64,000 bases of DNA, taken from sequence record LC597490.1; one strand, given 5' to 3'. A program made the position numbers and the translations under genes. Each line of letters starts with the position of its first letter. Position 1 is the stretch's first letter. The notes under the pieces were generated by a model that ran no database searches, was not told where the DNA came from, and saw nothing but the letters and a program-made list of their open reading frames with translations. This document shows positions 18,720-28,608 of the stretch, piece by piece.

Positions 18720-19185
18720 CTGGCAGTAGCATCCTATAGAACGAGTTAGGATGTGAGGGGTTATCCAAGGAGATAACTAGGTTGGGTGGGCCAGCGGAAA
18801 TTAGGAAAGGAAGTTTTGCTTTATCGTTTTATACCGTCCCTCTTGTAGAGAGACGGGGGACTCTGTTGTTGAAGTGAGAGACGGGGGTCTTGAAGCATCA
18901 ACGGGTCTAGAATTACGCCCTATCAACATAGTAGAAACAGAAAGGAAGTTTATTAACCAATGCACTCTATACACAGCACACTACTTACTCTTTTTATCTC
19001 AATTCCGAAAGGGGTTGAGAAATAACTCACCTAGAAAGGAGGTGATAACAAGCATTTGCACGAACACGATTGCATCAGCAGTCGGACTTTAATTAGGGGA
19101 CGGACTTGTTTCTGGAGTTGATTGACACGCCGATCTCCCAACGTATTGAAAAATTATAAAAAACTAAAATGAAAATCAAAGGAGA
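18720..19185 (+). promoter_or_regulatory. Long structured leader with a candidate uORF (18960-19025)
   Basis: Hairpins CATCCTA/TAGGATG, CCGTC/GACGG, TCTCAATTCC-GAAA-GGGGTTGAGA; GAAAGGAAG SD and a 21-codon ORF MHSIHSTLLTLFISIPKGVEK. Confidence 0.55.
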
Positions 19186-19893
19186 ATGTTTATTATGATG
19201 ACAATTAATGTATTGAAAGCACGTATGGAAGAAATGAAATTAGCGGAGAAAGCAAGCAAAGTTGTGGACGCTAGTGTGAAAGCAGTAAAAGGAAGTATGC
19301 CTGTAACAAATAGAAAGTTTGAAGAAACAAAAGAAGGTTTAATCATCAATGACCTTCATGCAGATTTACGTATCTCTCGTCTTGAGTCAGCTCTAGTTAA
19401 TGCAGGAATGATGTCTGAAGAAGAAGTAGATGCAGATGTAACACAAGAGCTTGTAGAAACTCGTAAGCACATGATTGAGTATGAAGCTCAAATGTTAGAA
19501 GAAAAGAAAGCGAAAGATTTAGAGGAGGCGAAAGCTAAGATGGCTCAACGTATTGAGAAAACAAAGACTCATGTTCGTAACATCACTGGATTCTTTATGC
19601 CAAACATCACTGTTGTAAAGGAAGAAAAGAAAGAAGAAGTTGTTATGACTGAAAGAGAAGAGGCATTGGCGGCAGAGTTAGAAGCAGCTAATCTTCGTGC
19701 TCAGGAAATGGAACAACAACTGATTGTTATGCAAGAACAAGTGAATAGCATTAGCAATCACTTCAAACCAGCACCACAGCAAGAAGTAGTACAACCAACT
19801 GGAGAGCAACCAGCAACAAGACGTTTAAGAGGTCAGTTTGCAGACCCAAGTGAGTCTCAGTTTGATTACAAAGCTGGTAGTGAAGAAGCATAA
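19186..19893 (+). CDS. Coiled-coil hypothetical protein
   Basis: 235 aa, E/K/A-rich heptads. Confidence 0.8.
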   Translation: MFIMMTINVLKARMEEMKLAEKASKVVDASVKAVKGSMPVTNRKFEETKEGLIINDLHADLRISRLESALVNAGMMSEEEVDADVTQELVETRKHMIEYEAQMLEEKKAKDLEEAKAKMAQRIEKTKTHVRNITGFFMPNITVVKEEKKEEVVMTEREEALAAELEAANLRAQEMEQQLIVMQEQVNSISNHFKPAPQQEVVQPTGEQPATRRLRGQFADPSESQFDYKAGSEEA

Positions 19894-20023
19894 GTTTTAG
19901 GTTACTAATTTAATTGATTAATTGTATTCAGCTTAACAGTGAGGAGAAGAAGGGTGAGACGCCTTCAACAATATAGGTCTAGCTCCTGACCAATTAAATG
20001 AGAGCATATGAAAGGATTTTATC

Positions 20024-22492
20024 ATGACTAACACTACAACTACTACTAACACAATCGCTGTAAACGAAGGTATGAAAATGAAAGATTTACGTGCTATTGG
20101 TAAAGGTTTCGGCGTTAAAGCTCCTGTAGGTACAACTAAGAAAGCATTAGTAGAAGCAATCGTTAAAGCTCAAAAACAATTAAATGAGGAGATGGTAGTA
20201 ATGAAAGAAGCTAAAACAATCGTAGAGGAAACTGTAGCAACAACTAATAATACTAAAAACGAAATGGAGATGGTTGAAATGACAAAAACTAATAACGAGG
20301 TTAAAGCAAACGAAGTAGTATTACCAGCAGAGGTTTTAGAAGCTAATCAACGTGCATTAGATAACAGCAAAGGTAATGCATTAGATGTAACTCAACGCAA
20401 CCCACACACATTCTTTACTGGTCACACTAATCATGTTCAAAGTGGTGTAATGCAATACATTAATGAAGGTGCTCGTCGTTTCATGGAACATCAAGAGAAA
20501 ATGAACTTAGAAGTAACTGATTTCATGTTTGTTAACAATGCAAAAGCAGATGCATTTGGTCGTAAAGTAATTGGTGTTCTTCAAGTACGTGTAGGCGCTG
20601 GTGTTATGGTTGTTAAGCAATGGGAACAAACTCCAGAAGCATTAGCAGCTGGTAAACGTGGTGAGTTCGTATGGAAAGCATTCGAGAACCATACTTACAC
20701 TAAAGCAGCTCCAACAGCTCAAGGTATCCGTGTTTACAAAACAGATGTATTCGCACCACTTATGGAAGGTGAAGGTATCTTAACTTTACCAATCTATGAA
20801 AACAAAGAAGGTTTAGCTCACGTTTCTCTACCAGTAACTCGTGCAGAAAAAGAAGGTAAAGTAACATTCTATGAAGTATTCCGTTCTCGTCGTGCTGGTG
20901 CAGAGTTCTTCTCAGCTCGTACAAATGAAGTAATCAATGCATTATTAACTGCATCTGCTCGTTTACTACGTGCTCAGTTCGTAAAAGCTAATCCATTAAA
21001 CCGTGGTGGAATTAAAGAGTCTTGCCTAAACTGCCGTTTCATCAAATACTTCCCAATCAAAGACGGCGTTACTGATGATTTAGAAACAGACAAAGGTTCT
21101 TTAGTTGACACTACAAAAGAAATTCAATCTGGTAAAGCTGGTATCGACTACAGCTCTGCTCGTTGGATGCAACAATTATCTACAGATGAGTTAACTGGTA
21201 ATGGTTCTAACTTACCACAACACTTCTGCCCAGTTGTAGGACAATATGTTGGTAAGAAAGCAGTTATGGACTTCAAGAAATTAAGTGAAGCAGAATCTAA
21301 TCAAGTTGAATTAGAAGAAGGCGTGTTCACTTATGTACCAGCAGGTAAAGTAGTAGTATCTGGTCGTGTAATGGATTACAACGAGTACTTAGAAAATGAA
21401 TTAGAAAACGTTGCTTCTGATTGCAACTACTACCACATGAACGAACCAAAAGGTGCTCATGTTGTGGCGGCTGAGAAAGTAGAAGCTCGTGAAGAACGTG
21501 GAACAGATGCAAACGGTAACTATGCTGAGAAAGTATATGTATCTCCAAACTATGTAACAAATGCAAAACCAGAACGTATGCCTGTTCAAATGCGTGTAAA
21601 TGGTGTGTGGGTAAATGCATTCCCAGGTCAAGTAGACAATGCTGATGCTGTTCGTATCTATGGTTTAGAAGGATACAAAATGATGTTCTCTGAGAAAGCA
21701 ATGGATCGTTTCGCTGCTTATGGTTTCAACTATGTTCCAACTAAAGAAGCTGTAGATGCTGAGAAGTTTAACTTCAACGTTGTATTACGTGGTAGCTACA
21801 ATACATTAATGAACAACAATGCTTCTGAAGAAGATGTTGCAGAAATCGAAAGCTATGTAAAAGAAACTCCAGCTCACATCGTTGAAATGTTCAAGAAACG
21901 TGCTGATGGTGCTCAATTACAAGAACGTTGGAACAAAATGGTTTCATTCTTCGAGCGTCAACAAGGATGGAAAACTGTAGAAACTCGTGCAGACTTCAAA
22001 GTTAAGTTCTTTACTGAGAATGCTGAAGGACGTAAAGTATTAGACTCTGAAGCAGGAGACTTCTCACCAGCAGCATTATTATATGATTTCAAATGGAACG
22101 AAGAAAACGAAAATGTTCTTCACACTCCAGGTGGAACTGTAATTGACTACAAAGGTGGTTCTGTAACAATCAATGAGAATGGTGAAGAGAAAGAAGTAGT
22201 ATACAGCGGTATCACTGGTAAAGAGTTTGTTCGTAACATTGACAGCGAGAAAGGTGACCGTTTAGTTGAGTATGTATTAACAACTGGTAATGATGTAGTA
22301 TTCGCAACTGACGAAACAGAAAACATCACAGAAGAAGATGTACGTCTATTAGCAGAAGCTATGCAAATTCTTGTTCAACGTGAAATGAACAAATATGTAT
22401 GGGCTGTTCGTAAAGAGGAAGAAGGAGAGCGTAAAGCTAAAATCAACTTCTTATCTGATGAAGCTAAATTATACATCATTGAAAATCTGTAA
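20024..22492 (+). CDS. 822-aa multidomain protein with Rho-N-like helices, SpoVG-like segment and Cys cluster
   Basis: MKDLRAIGKGFGV..TKKALVEAIVKAQ (Rho N-terminal-like); LEVTDFMFV..KVIGVLQV..LPIYENKEGLAHVSLPV (SpoVG-like); CLNC..CP..C. Domain calls by eye. Confidence 0.6.
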   Translation: MTNTTTTTNTIAVNEGMKMKDLRAIGKGFGVKAPVGTTKKALVEAIVKAQKQLNEEMVVMKEAKTIVEETVATTNNTKNEMEMVEMTKTNNEVKANEVVLPAEVLEANQRALDNSKGNALDVTQRNPHTFFTGHTNHVQSGVMQYINEGARRFMEHQEKMNLEVTDFMFVNNAKADAFGRKVIGVLQVRVGAGVMVVKQWEQTPEALAAGKRGEFVWKAFENHTYTKAAPTAQGIRVYKTDVFAPLMEGEGILTLPIYENKEGLAHVSLPVTRAEKEGKVTFYEVFRSRRAGAEFFSARTNEVINALLTASARLLRAQFVKANPLNRGGIKESCLNCRFIKYFPIKDGVTDDLETDKGSLVDTTKEIQSGKAGIDYSSARWMQQLSTDELTGNGSNLPQHFCPVVGQYVGKKAVMDFKKLSEAESNQVELEEGVFTYVPAGKVVVSGRVMDYNEYLENELENVASDCNYYHMNEPKGAHVVAAEKVEAREERGTDANGNYAEKVYVSPNYVTNAKPERMPVQMRVNGVWVNAFPGQVDNADAVRIYGLEGYKMMFSEKAMDRFAAYGFNYVPTKEAVDAEKFNFNVVLRGSYNTLMNNNASEEDVAEIESYVKETPAHIVEMFKKRADGAQLQERWNKMVSFFERQQGWKTVETRADFKVKFFTENAEGRKVLDSEAGDFSPAALLYDFKWNEENENVLHTPGGTVIDYKGGSVTINENGEEKEVVYSGITGKEFVRNIDSEKGDRLVEYVLTTGNDVVFATDETENITEEDVRLLAEAMQILVQREMNKYVWAVRKEEEGERKAKINFLSDEAKLYIIENL

Positions 22493-22526
22493 GAGGTAAG
22501 TAGTAATCGCATAACAGTGAAGACTC

Positions 22527-22565
22527 GGAGGGAGTGAGAAGCCCCTCCTTTTTATTTTGCCGCTA
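22527..22565 (+). terminator. Intrinsic terminator followed by CCGCTA
   Basis: GGAGGG/CCCTCC stem, T-run, CCGCTA at 22560. Confidence 0.7.
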
Positions 22566-22579
22566 AAGGAGAGAGTTAA

Positions 22580-24361
22580 ATGTTAACTAAATTCGTACAA
22601 ACAAATGAAACAGGTGTAAGTATTCTACAGGTAATCAACAAAGGATTGGTAACAGTAACAGAGAAGTCTGCATATCAGGATGATGTAGCAGGTGGATATG
22701 ACCACATTGGTTCTGAATCAAGTAATGATGTATTTGTAACTATCACAGCAGAGGAAGCAAATCAATTAGATGATGCAGATATTGTGACAGCAGCTTTTGA
22801 GATTAATGGTCCAATTGGTGTAGTCAATGGTAGACAACATGCAGCACGTTTACAGCATCTATTTGAGGAAGAGATGGAATGGGTTATTGCTCACTTCGAA
22901 GTTATTCTTGAGAAAGAAGGAACACGAGTATATCAATCCAAGTTAGAAGACCAAGGGTATGCAGAAGATGTAGAAGCTTGGCTTCAAGTTAACGTAAGCA
23001 AAGAACCAGGTTTATCGGTGAAAGAAGAGACAACTAAGATTACGTATAAGGAAACTGATACATTGAACAAGATTGGGTTACCAGTCGGTACAATGATTAA
23101 AGCAGGAGAAGAGTCCTTACGTATTATTGGTGAAGATACAGAGAACAAAGAGTTAGATACGTATGTTGTATTGCAAAAGCCAGATGGTGAGTTGGTATCT
23201 ATTCCAGCGCCAATCATCTTGGATTTGCAACAACCAAAGAAAGAGGAAGTCAAGAAGGCATTATCTCTAGAAGAAGAGATGGAGATGATGCGTGAACAGA
23301 ATGCGAAGAAGTCTATGGGTGAGCTACATAAGGCAGCCCCACAACAAGAACCTGTAAAAGAAGAAAAGAAAGAAACTGCATTAGAAGCATTTACAAAGAA
23401 AGCTAATCAAACTAAAACAAACAATTCTAAGGAGGAAACAAAAATGACAGCAGCTACAGTACGTTTCGGAGGACAAGCAACACAAGGAGCAACAGAAGGT
23501 AAAGCAACAGTACGTTTAGGTGGAGCAAAAACTAATAACACAAATAACATGGAAACTAAAGGAGAGAAAACAATGACAACTACTACTAACACAACTAAAG
23601 GAAACCAACCAACTGTACGATTCGGAAAAGGAACTGCTACACAAACAACTGCACCAGCAATGGAAGGTTTCGGAGTAGAAGGCGTTCAATTACCAGTATC
23701 AACACCAGCAGTAGCACCAAAAGGCAAGTTCGATGATTCTCAATCTTACCGTGGTGGTAATGTTCCAAATGCAACTCGTAAAGCTTGGTACTTAGAAAAG
23801 TTAGCTGAAGACAATCGTATCGTTACAAACATCTTAGAGTTAAAACGCAATATGAACTTAGGTATCGAGTCTATTAAAATCTACGATCCAGTTGCAATGT
23901 TCCAATCTGGTGAACTTAAATTCGCTAAGAACGAGAAGTGTGTGGCAATCGTAGAAGTAGTATTAGCTGGTGGAGAAATGGTTATGCCTTTCGATATCTT
24001 TGTGAGCGATGACGGTGAAAGCTTATTCTCTCCAAACATCAAACGTATGAAAACTTTCAAAGGTTGGGTGTCTAAATATCAAATGAGCGTATCTAACTTA
24101 ACTGAAAGCACTGTAACATGCTGCGGTAAACGTATCGAAGTAAAAGATGGTAAAGAGTTTGCTTGCCCAGTATGTAAGAAAGAAATGGTAATGGCAGTTA
24201 ATCGTGTAGTATTCAACCGTACAACTGGTGAAGAAGAGAAAGTACAAGTACAAACTTACAACAACCGTAAGCAACTACTTCCATTCAACTTCCAAATTGG
24301 TGAGAGCTTACTGGCTCAAGTAATGGTATTTGCTCACGACTTCTTTGGATACGAAATGTAA
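22580..24361 (+). CDS. 593-aa multidomain protein with a C-terminal SpoVG-like domain and Zn-ribbon
   Basis: Low-complexity linker with three TVR[FL]G repeats; GIESIKIYD..AIVEVVL..; TCCGK..CPVC. Confidence 0.6.
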   Translation: MLTKFVQTNETGVSILQVINKGLVTVTEKSAYQDDVAGGYDHIGSESSNDVFVTITAEEANQLDDADIVTAAFEINGPIGVVNGRQHAARLQHLFEEEMEWVIAHFEVILEKEGTRVYQSKLEDQGYAEDVEAWLQVNVSKEPGLSVKEETTKITYKETDTLNKIGLPVGTMIKAGEESLRIIGEDTENKELDTYVVLQKPDGELVSIPAPIILDLQQPKKEEVKKALSLEEEMEMMREQNAKKSMGELHKAAPQQEPVKEEKKETALEAFTKKANQTKTNNSKEETKMTAATVRFGGQATQGATEGKATVRLGGAKTNNTNNMETKGEKTMTTTTNTTKGNQPTVRFGKGTATQTTAPAMEGFGVEGVQLPVSTPAVAPKGKFDDSQSYRGGNVPNATRKAWYLEKLAEDNRIVTNILELKRNMNLGIESIKIYDPVAMFQSGELKFAKNEKCVAIVEVVLAGGEMVMPFDIFVSDDGESLFSPNIKRMKTFKGWVSKYQMSVSNLTESTVTCCGKRIEVKDGKEFACPVCKKEMVMAVNRVVFNRTTGEEEKVQVQTYNNRKQLLPFNFQIGESLLAQVMVFAHDFFGYEM

Positions 24362-24363
24362 TT

Positions 24364-24392
24364 GAGGGGGCTAGTCCCTCTCTTTCTTTTTT
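24364..24392 (+). terminator. Intrinsic terminator
   Basis: GAGGGG(GCTA)GTCCCTC plus T-rich tail. Confidence 0.7.
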
Positions 24393-24443
24393 ATTGTTGA
24401 TTAATACAAAAACTTATAACATATACCCAGGAGGAATTTAACC

Positions 24444-26522
24444 ATGACTAAATTTGCGAAAAGCTTTTACATTGTAGGAAACCACGATACGGATACATTA
24501 CCAGTAAGAAAGTATGTTATTGACAACATCAGAAGAGACTTTGATTTAGAAGAAGTACCACATGAAGCAGTTGGAAGTTTAGCAGTATTATTATCAGAAA
24601 GAGATGCAAGATTCCGTGTAAACAACGGGCAAGGTAAGTTGTTCTGTTCTTGTGGATATCAAGGTGATGCAGTAACAGTATTTGAAAAGGTAGTTGCGGA
24701 TGATGCCATCTTCCATGTAGGAATGCTTGATGAGGAGAGAGAGGCAGAAGAAAAGAAAACATTTGAACATAACTTCTATGATTTAAAGAGAATCGTGACA
24801 TGCCCAGAGTGTGGTAGCACAGAGCATGAGATTGTAAATGTGTCTGGTGTGGACGCTGTAAAAAATCCTATGTATCTGAAAATCTATCATAATGAGAATG
24901 GTATTTCATTGTCTTATGGTATCCAGAGTTATTACTTCAATCCGAATGTAGAGAAGCTTGGTACGAAGCTGGGCCGAGCACGCATTACATTCTCATATAA
25001 AACAAACATGTTCTACTTTGTACGTGGTGGTAAAGTCCGTAATATCTCTTACGGTACATTCCCAAGTAATACAGCATCAGGAGAGTTCTATGATGTATTC
25101 CAACATGCAAACTACAATGAGGAGTGGAAAGCAATTGTTAAAGAATTCAAGGAGACGATTATTAAGCATATGGGGGCTTTTATTCCAGAAGAGTTGGTTA
25201 ATCTAACAAATGGACACAACCTGATTTTATTCATGGCTAGTATTGTTTGTCCGCACTTAACGATTCTTCCATTCAAGCCAGATACACATGGTTTACGAGA
25301 TGGAGCAAAAGTATTAAGAAAGCTACCACTGAAGAAGAAAGCTGTTACACAGTTCTTAAATGGACCAGTGACAAAAGCGATGACTCCATATGTGAACAAC
25401 CAAGGAGATATTCGTTTCTTTGCAATGGTTACTTCTTTAGTAGAAGACCCGAACTATCGTTTAACATTGTTAAAAACATATAAAGAGTATTGCGACAAGC
25501 ATATCAGAAACAATTGGGGCACAGATAGAATTTCCTCAGTGAAGTCATTTGATATGGTAGTAAATGAAATGAAAAACTATGATTTCCCGCAGGAAGCTAT
25601 TGATTGGTTAAAGTCTCTACATCCAACAGATGCAAGTATGTATCATGCAATGGTTCGTATGAGTACAGAACCAGTTAAGGAGTGGAATCATGAGAAGAGA
25701 GAAATGATTGATACAGGGGAGAAGAAAGTGAATCTTAGTAGTGTAACTTGGTTGACTCGTGACTCACACCGTATGTATCAGGATATCATTCAGGCTCTAC
25801 CAGGTTATGACCTACGTTATAGTGGGAACATGAGAGAGACGCATGACAGACTGACTAGAGACTATGGTCGTGTGAAACAAGCACCACGTACAATCCCTTA
25901 CTCTGAAGATGAAAGAACATATCTAACTGCTTCTTATGGTGGATATGACTTCGTATTACCAGAGTTAACAACAGAGTTAGTAGAATGTGGTCAGGCATTA
26001 GATATCTGCGTAGGTGGATATGGTAATGAGGTAGCTGAGAAACGTACACTGATTATCTTTGTGAAGAAAGAAGATAAGTATGTGGCGTGTATTGAAGTAA
26101 CTCCTGATGGAAACATGTCTCAAGCAAAAGGATATGGCAACAATAGATTCCGTCCACTAGCAGATGATGTGATTGATGCAATTGCACATTGGGCTAATAA
26201 TGGTGGCGTGAGTCTAAGCACGTATGACATGAACTCACACAAACGTAGACTAGAAGAAAAGTACGCACACTTATTCGAACGTCCTGAGTTCTTAGTAAAA
26301 GAATTAGGTAATCCAGAAGAGTCTGTACGTCTAGAGATTACACAAGAGATGCTTGAGCAAGAACCAGTAAGAGCAGAAGCATATCAACCAGAGCCTAATC
26401 CATTTGATGCACTTGCTTTAGAACCTGCACCTGTATATGGAAGAGCACCAGTAGCAGCTAATGTGGGACAACCAATTATGGCAGAATTGATTGGAGACCT
26501 TAACGATGACCTTCCATTCTAA
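24444..26522 (+). CDS. PcfJ-like domain protein with N-terminal Zn-ribbon
   Basis: CSC..CPEC; C-terminal LPELTTELVECGQALDICVGGY..ACIEV..SQAKGYGN fits the PcfJ pattern. Confidence 0.8.
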   Translation: MTKFAKSFYIVGNHDTDTLPVRKYVIDNIRRDFDLEEVPHEAVGSLAVLLSERDARFRVNNGQGKLFCSCGYQGDAVTVFEKVVADDAIFHVGMLDEEREAEEKKTFEHNFYDLKRIVTCPECGSTEHEIVNVSGVDAVKNPMYLKIYHNENGISLSYGIQSYYFNPNVEKLGTKLGRARITFSYKTNMFYFVRGGKVRNISYGTFPSNTASGEFYDVFQHANYNEEWKAIVKEFKETIIKHMGAFIPEELVNLTNGHNLILFMASIVCPHLTILPFKPDTHGLRDGAKVLRKLPLKKKAVTQFLNGPVTKAMTPYVNNQGDIRFFAMVTSLVEDPNYRLTLLKTYKEYCDKHIRNNWGTDRISSVKSFDMVVNEMKNYDFPQEAIDWLKSLHPTDASMYHAMVRMSTEPVKEWNHEKREMIDTGEKKVNLSSVTWLTRDSHRMYQDIIQALPGYDLRYSGNMRETHDRLTRDYGRVKQAPRTIPYSEDERTYLTASYGGYDFVLPELTTELVECGQALDICVGGYGNEVAEKRTLIIFVKKEDKYVACIEVTPDGNMSQAKGYGNNRFRPLADDVIDAIAHWANNGGVSLSTYDMNSHKRRLEEKYAHLFERPEFLVKELGNPEESVRLEITQEMLEQEPVRAEAYQPEPNPFDALALEPAPVYGRAPVAANVGQPIMAELIGDLNDDLPF

Positions 26523-26835
26523 TATATATGGCGCCCCACGAGCGAAGCGAGTAATATTCTTCTTTTTGTGCCAATGGCTGATAAGCCACATATATGCAAA
26601 AAGAATTAAAGTTATCGTACAGAATGTGTACCCTGCGAGGCAACGAGCAGGTAGTACATACTCTGTACACCCTTTGAACAGTCCTGAGCTACGTAGTAGC
26701 GAGTATAAACGAGGAAGGACTGTTCTATGTAAGGGGATGGTTCTTAATCGGCTGGTGACACGCCGATCCATTTTATTTGGCCTTCGGCTGCCAGTGTTCC
26801 GCCTTCGGCTATACAGGGCAGTGGGTATCCATTCG
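26523..26835. other. GC-rich, highly palindromic non-coding region
   Basis: Nested stems GTACAGA/TCTGTAC, GAACAGTCCT/AGGACTGTTC, ATCGGC/GCCGAT, two GCCTTCGGC units, GGTATCC/GGATACC. Confidence 0.6.
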
Positions 26836-26918
26836 GATACCAGTCGGTGGGAGGGTTAGGTTGGAAGGGTATGGTTGTTATGGTATATCACTTCGTGTAA
26901 GGGAAAGGTGGGAATGGT

Positions 26919-27230
26919 ATGGTAAGGAAAGTGTTTCAGGTACAGGTAATCAAGTGTAATAGTGGTTGGGACGCCCATAGGGGCAAGGTCTATGATGTGA
27001 GGGATATTCGGAATCGGAATATGGATGATTTGTATCAGCTATTGGTAACGGAACGGAATACGACTAATATGGATGAGGTGTGTAGGAAAGCTCCGCATCA
27101 GGTAGAGTATCGGGACAATATTTATAAGTCGGGGCGGGCGTGCATTCCAAAGGAGATGGCAGTCCGTGTCGTTATGAATAATGAGGGTAGTTTATGTAAT
27201 CTAAAGGAGGATGAGTATGCAGGTAACTGA
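26919..27230 (+). CDS. Hypothetical protein with the C-terminal N-x6-LK-x-D motif
   Basis: Ends NNEGSLCNLKEDEYAGN. Confidence 0.75.
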   Translation: MVRKVFQVQVIKCNSGWDAHRGKVYDVRDIRNRNMDDLYQLLVTERNTTNMDEVCRKAPHQVEYRDNIYKSGRACIPKEMAVRVVMNNEGSLCNLKEDEYAGN

Positions 27231-27402
27231 CGTGACGTATGTGGCGTATATAGGTGGGTATATAAAGGACAAGGAAGTAGGTAGGTTTACGATTGAGTCG
27301 GCGGTGGAAGATGACCCTGACTTTGAGCAGATGGTTGAGGATAGACAGGTTGAAATGGAAGAAGCAAATGGTTGGGAGAATGTGTACTGGGATAGGGAGT
27401 AA
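27217..27402 (+). CDS. Acidic hypothetical protein
   Basis: Start moved to ATG 27217 (AAGGAGG 6 nt upstream). Confidence 0.75.
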   Translation: MQVTDVTYVAYIGGYIKDKEVGRFTIESAVEDDPDFEQMVEDRQVEMEEANGWENVYWDRE

Positions 27403-27428
27403 TCTCTGTCCCTTTTTTTGTACCGCTA
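27389..27428 (+). terminator. Intrinsic terminator followed by CCGCTA
   Basis: GGGATAGGGA/TCTCTGTCCC stem, T7, CCGCTA at 27423. Confidence 0.7.
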
Positions 27429-27465
27429 TGGTATCATATTTTTATTATGAGCAAGGGGGATTTTT

Positions 27466-27663
27466 ATGGAGCAGTTAGTAACTGGTTTATATACGAGTCA
27501 TGAGGAGTTAGTGGAGGCGGGCTTCGCCTTTATGGAAACTCAATTACATGATGAGGTAAAACCCATTCATACATATAGTAAGGGTAATAAGGTATATTAC
27601 TTCGTGGAGAATAGTCCAGGGGAGTATATGTTTATGTATGGATTGAAAGGGGCAGTTGCATGA
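27466..27663 (+). CDS. Hypothetical protein
   Basis: 65 aa with SD. Confidence 0.75.
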   Translation: MEQLVTGLYTSHEELVEAGFAFMETQLHDEVKPIHTYSKGNKVYYFVENSPGEYMFMYGLKGAVA

Positions 27664-27908
27664 ACTCGCATTGTCTGGGTAACGTCGAAGAGATATATCA
27701 GCAAACGATGGTGGGGCTTGTTGAGCAACTTAAAAAACGCCGTCAAGAGAAAGGGTTAACTCAGAAACAGTTGAGTAAGTTAGCGACCATTGATACGAAA
27801 ACTATCCAGAAGATAGAAACAGGGAAGTGGTTGCCATCCATGCGGAGTTTGATGTTAATGTCCGAGGCATTGGATATGACACTGTTCTTTGATTTACGTA
27901 TTAAGTGA
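27660..27908 (+). CDS. XRE-family helix-turn-helix regulator
   Basis: LKKRRQEKGLTQKQLSKLATIDTKTIQKIETGKWLPSMRSL. Confidence 0.92.
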   Translation: MNSHCLGNVEEIYQQTMVGLVEQLKKRRQEKGLTQKQLSKLATIDTKTIQKIETGKWLPSMRSLMLMSEALDMTLFFDLRIK

Positions 27909-28058
27909 TTTTTGTATATTTATAAGGATATGTTTTATTTACACCGAGGAATCTTGCACAGTCTATACATATTCTTGTATAAATATAGTTTTGTAGAATA
28001 TGAGAAGCGTGGGGACGTTATCTCAAAAAAAATTGAAAATGAAAAGGAGAGATTTACA

Positions 28059-28583
28059 ATGGCAGCATTCGGCGCTAAAGCAACACAAACAGAAGAAACA
28101 AAAGTTCAACAGGAGGGTACTACTGCAACAATGGAGGCACCAAAACCAGAGGCTCCTAAACCGCAAGCACCAACTATGGATGTGAAAGCACCTAGAGAGG
28201 CTCGTGCCGCTACTCTACGTTTTAACAGAGGAGCAAATGACCCAACATGGTTTTTAAATCGTGAGGGAGAGCTTGAAATGGTAACTGATGAAGATGAGAA
28301 CAAGGCGATTGGTATTACAAAGATTTATGCTCGTGCGGCAACAGAAGCACAATTTAACAATGGTATTATTGCGAACGTGTCTATTGATACAATCATTGGA
28401 CGTATTGAGGGACTACAGATTCGTGAAACAAAAGAGCGTGATGGTAACATTCAATTAAGTGAGCCATCTAGTTCTTATATGTCTGGAGACCAAAGAAAGT
28501 ACAATAACTATACGAAACTAACGGCTCCAGTACGTGCTCAGATTTTGAGTCATGTATGGTCACAGTTAAGCCCTGCGGAGTAA
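28059..28583 (+). CDS. SpoVG-like (PC4-fold) nucleic-acid-binding protein
   Basis: Start moved to ATG 28059; ITKIYAR..IIANVSI..RIEGLQIRE..GNIQLSEPS..VRAQILSHV follows the SpoVG element order. Confidence 0.6.
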   Translation: MAAFGAKATQTEETKVQQEGTTATMEAPKPEAPKPQAPTMDVKAPREARAATLRFNRGANDPTWFLNREGELEMVTDEDENKAIGITKIYARAATEAQFNNGIIANVSIDTIIGRIEGLQIRETKERDGNIQLSEPSSSYMSGDQRKYNNYTKLTAPVRAQILSHVWSQLSPAE

Positions 28584-28608
28584 TCCCAGGGTTTTCTTTT
28601 TTCCGCCA
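28571..28608 (+). terminator. Intrinsic terminator followed by CCGCCA
   Basis: CCCTG..GGA-GTAA-TCC..CAGGG plus T-rich tail. Confidence 0.7.

Noticed and set aside
18874-19092. 72-aa GTG ORF in the 18.7-19.2 kb leader
   Set aside because: No SD and runs through several hairpins; the 21-codon ORF at 18960 has the better RBS.
18720-26900. tRNA or known riboswitch in the structured spacers (18.7-19.2 kb, 26.5-26.9 kb; also checked 37.8 and 62.9 kb)
   Set aside because: No cloverleaf with TTCGA T-loop and 7-bp acceptor stem, and no aptamer consensus recognised by eye; tRNAscan/Infernal were not run.
26418-26959. ORFs 26491-26859 (+), 26418-26771 (-), 26777-26959 (+)
   Set aside because: No SD, Arg-rich composition typical of GC-rich non-coding DNA, overlapping a palindromic element.
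27912-28058. N-terminal extension of the SpoVG-like gene from TTG 27912
   Set aside because: AT-rich promoter-like DNA; the SD AAAGGAGA points to ATG 28059.
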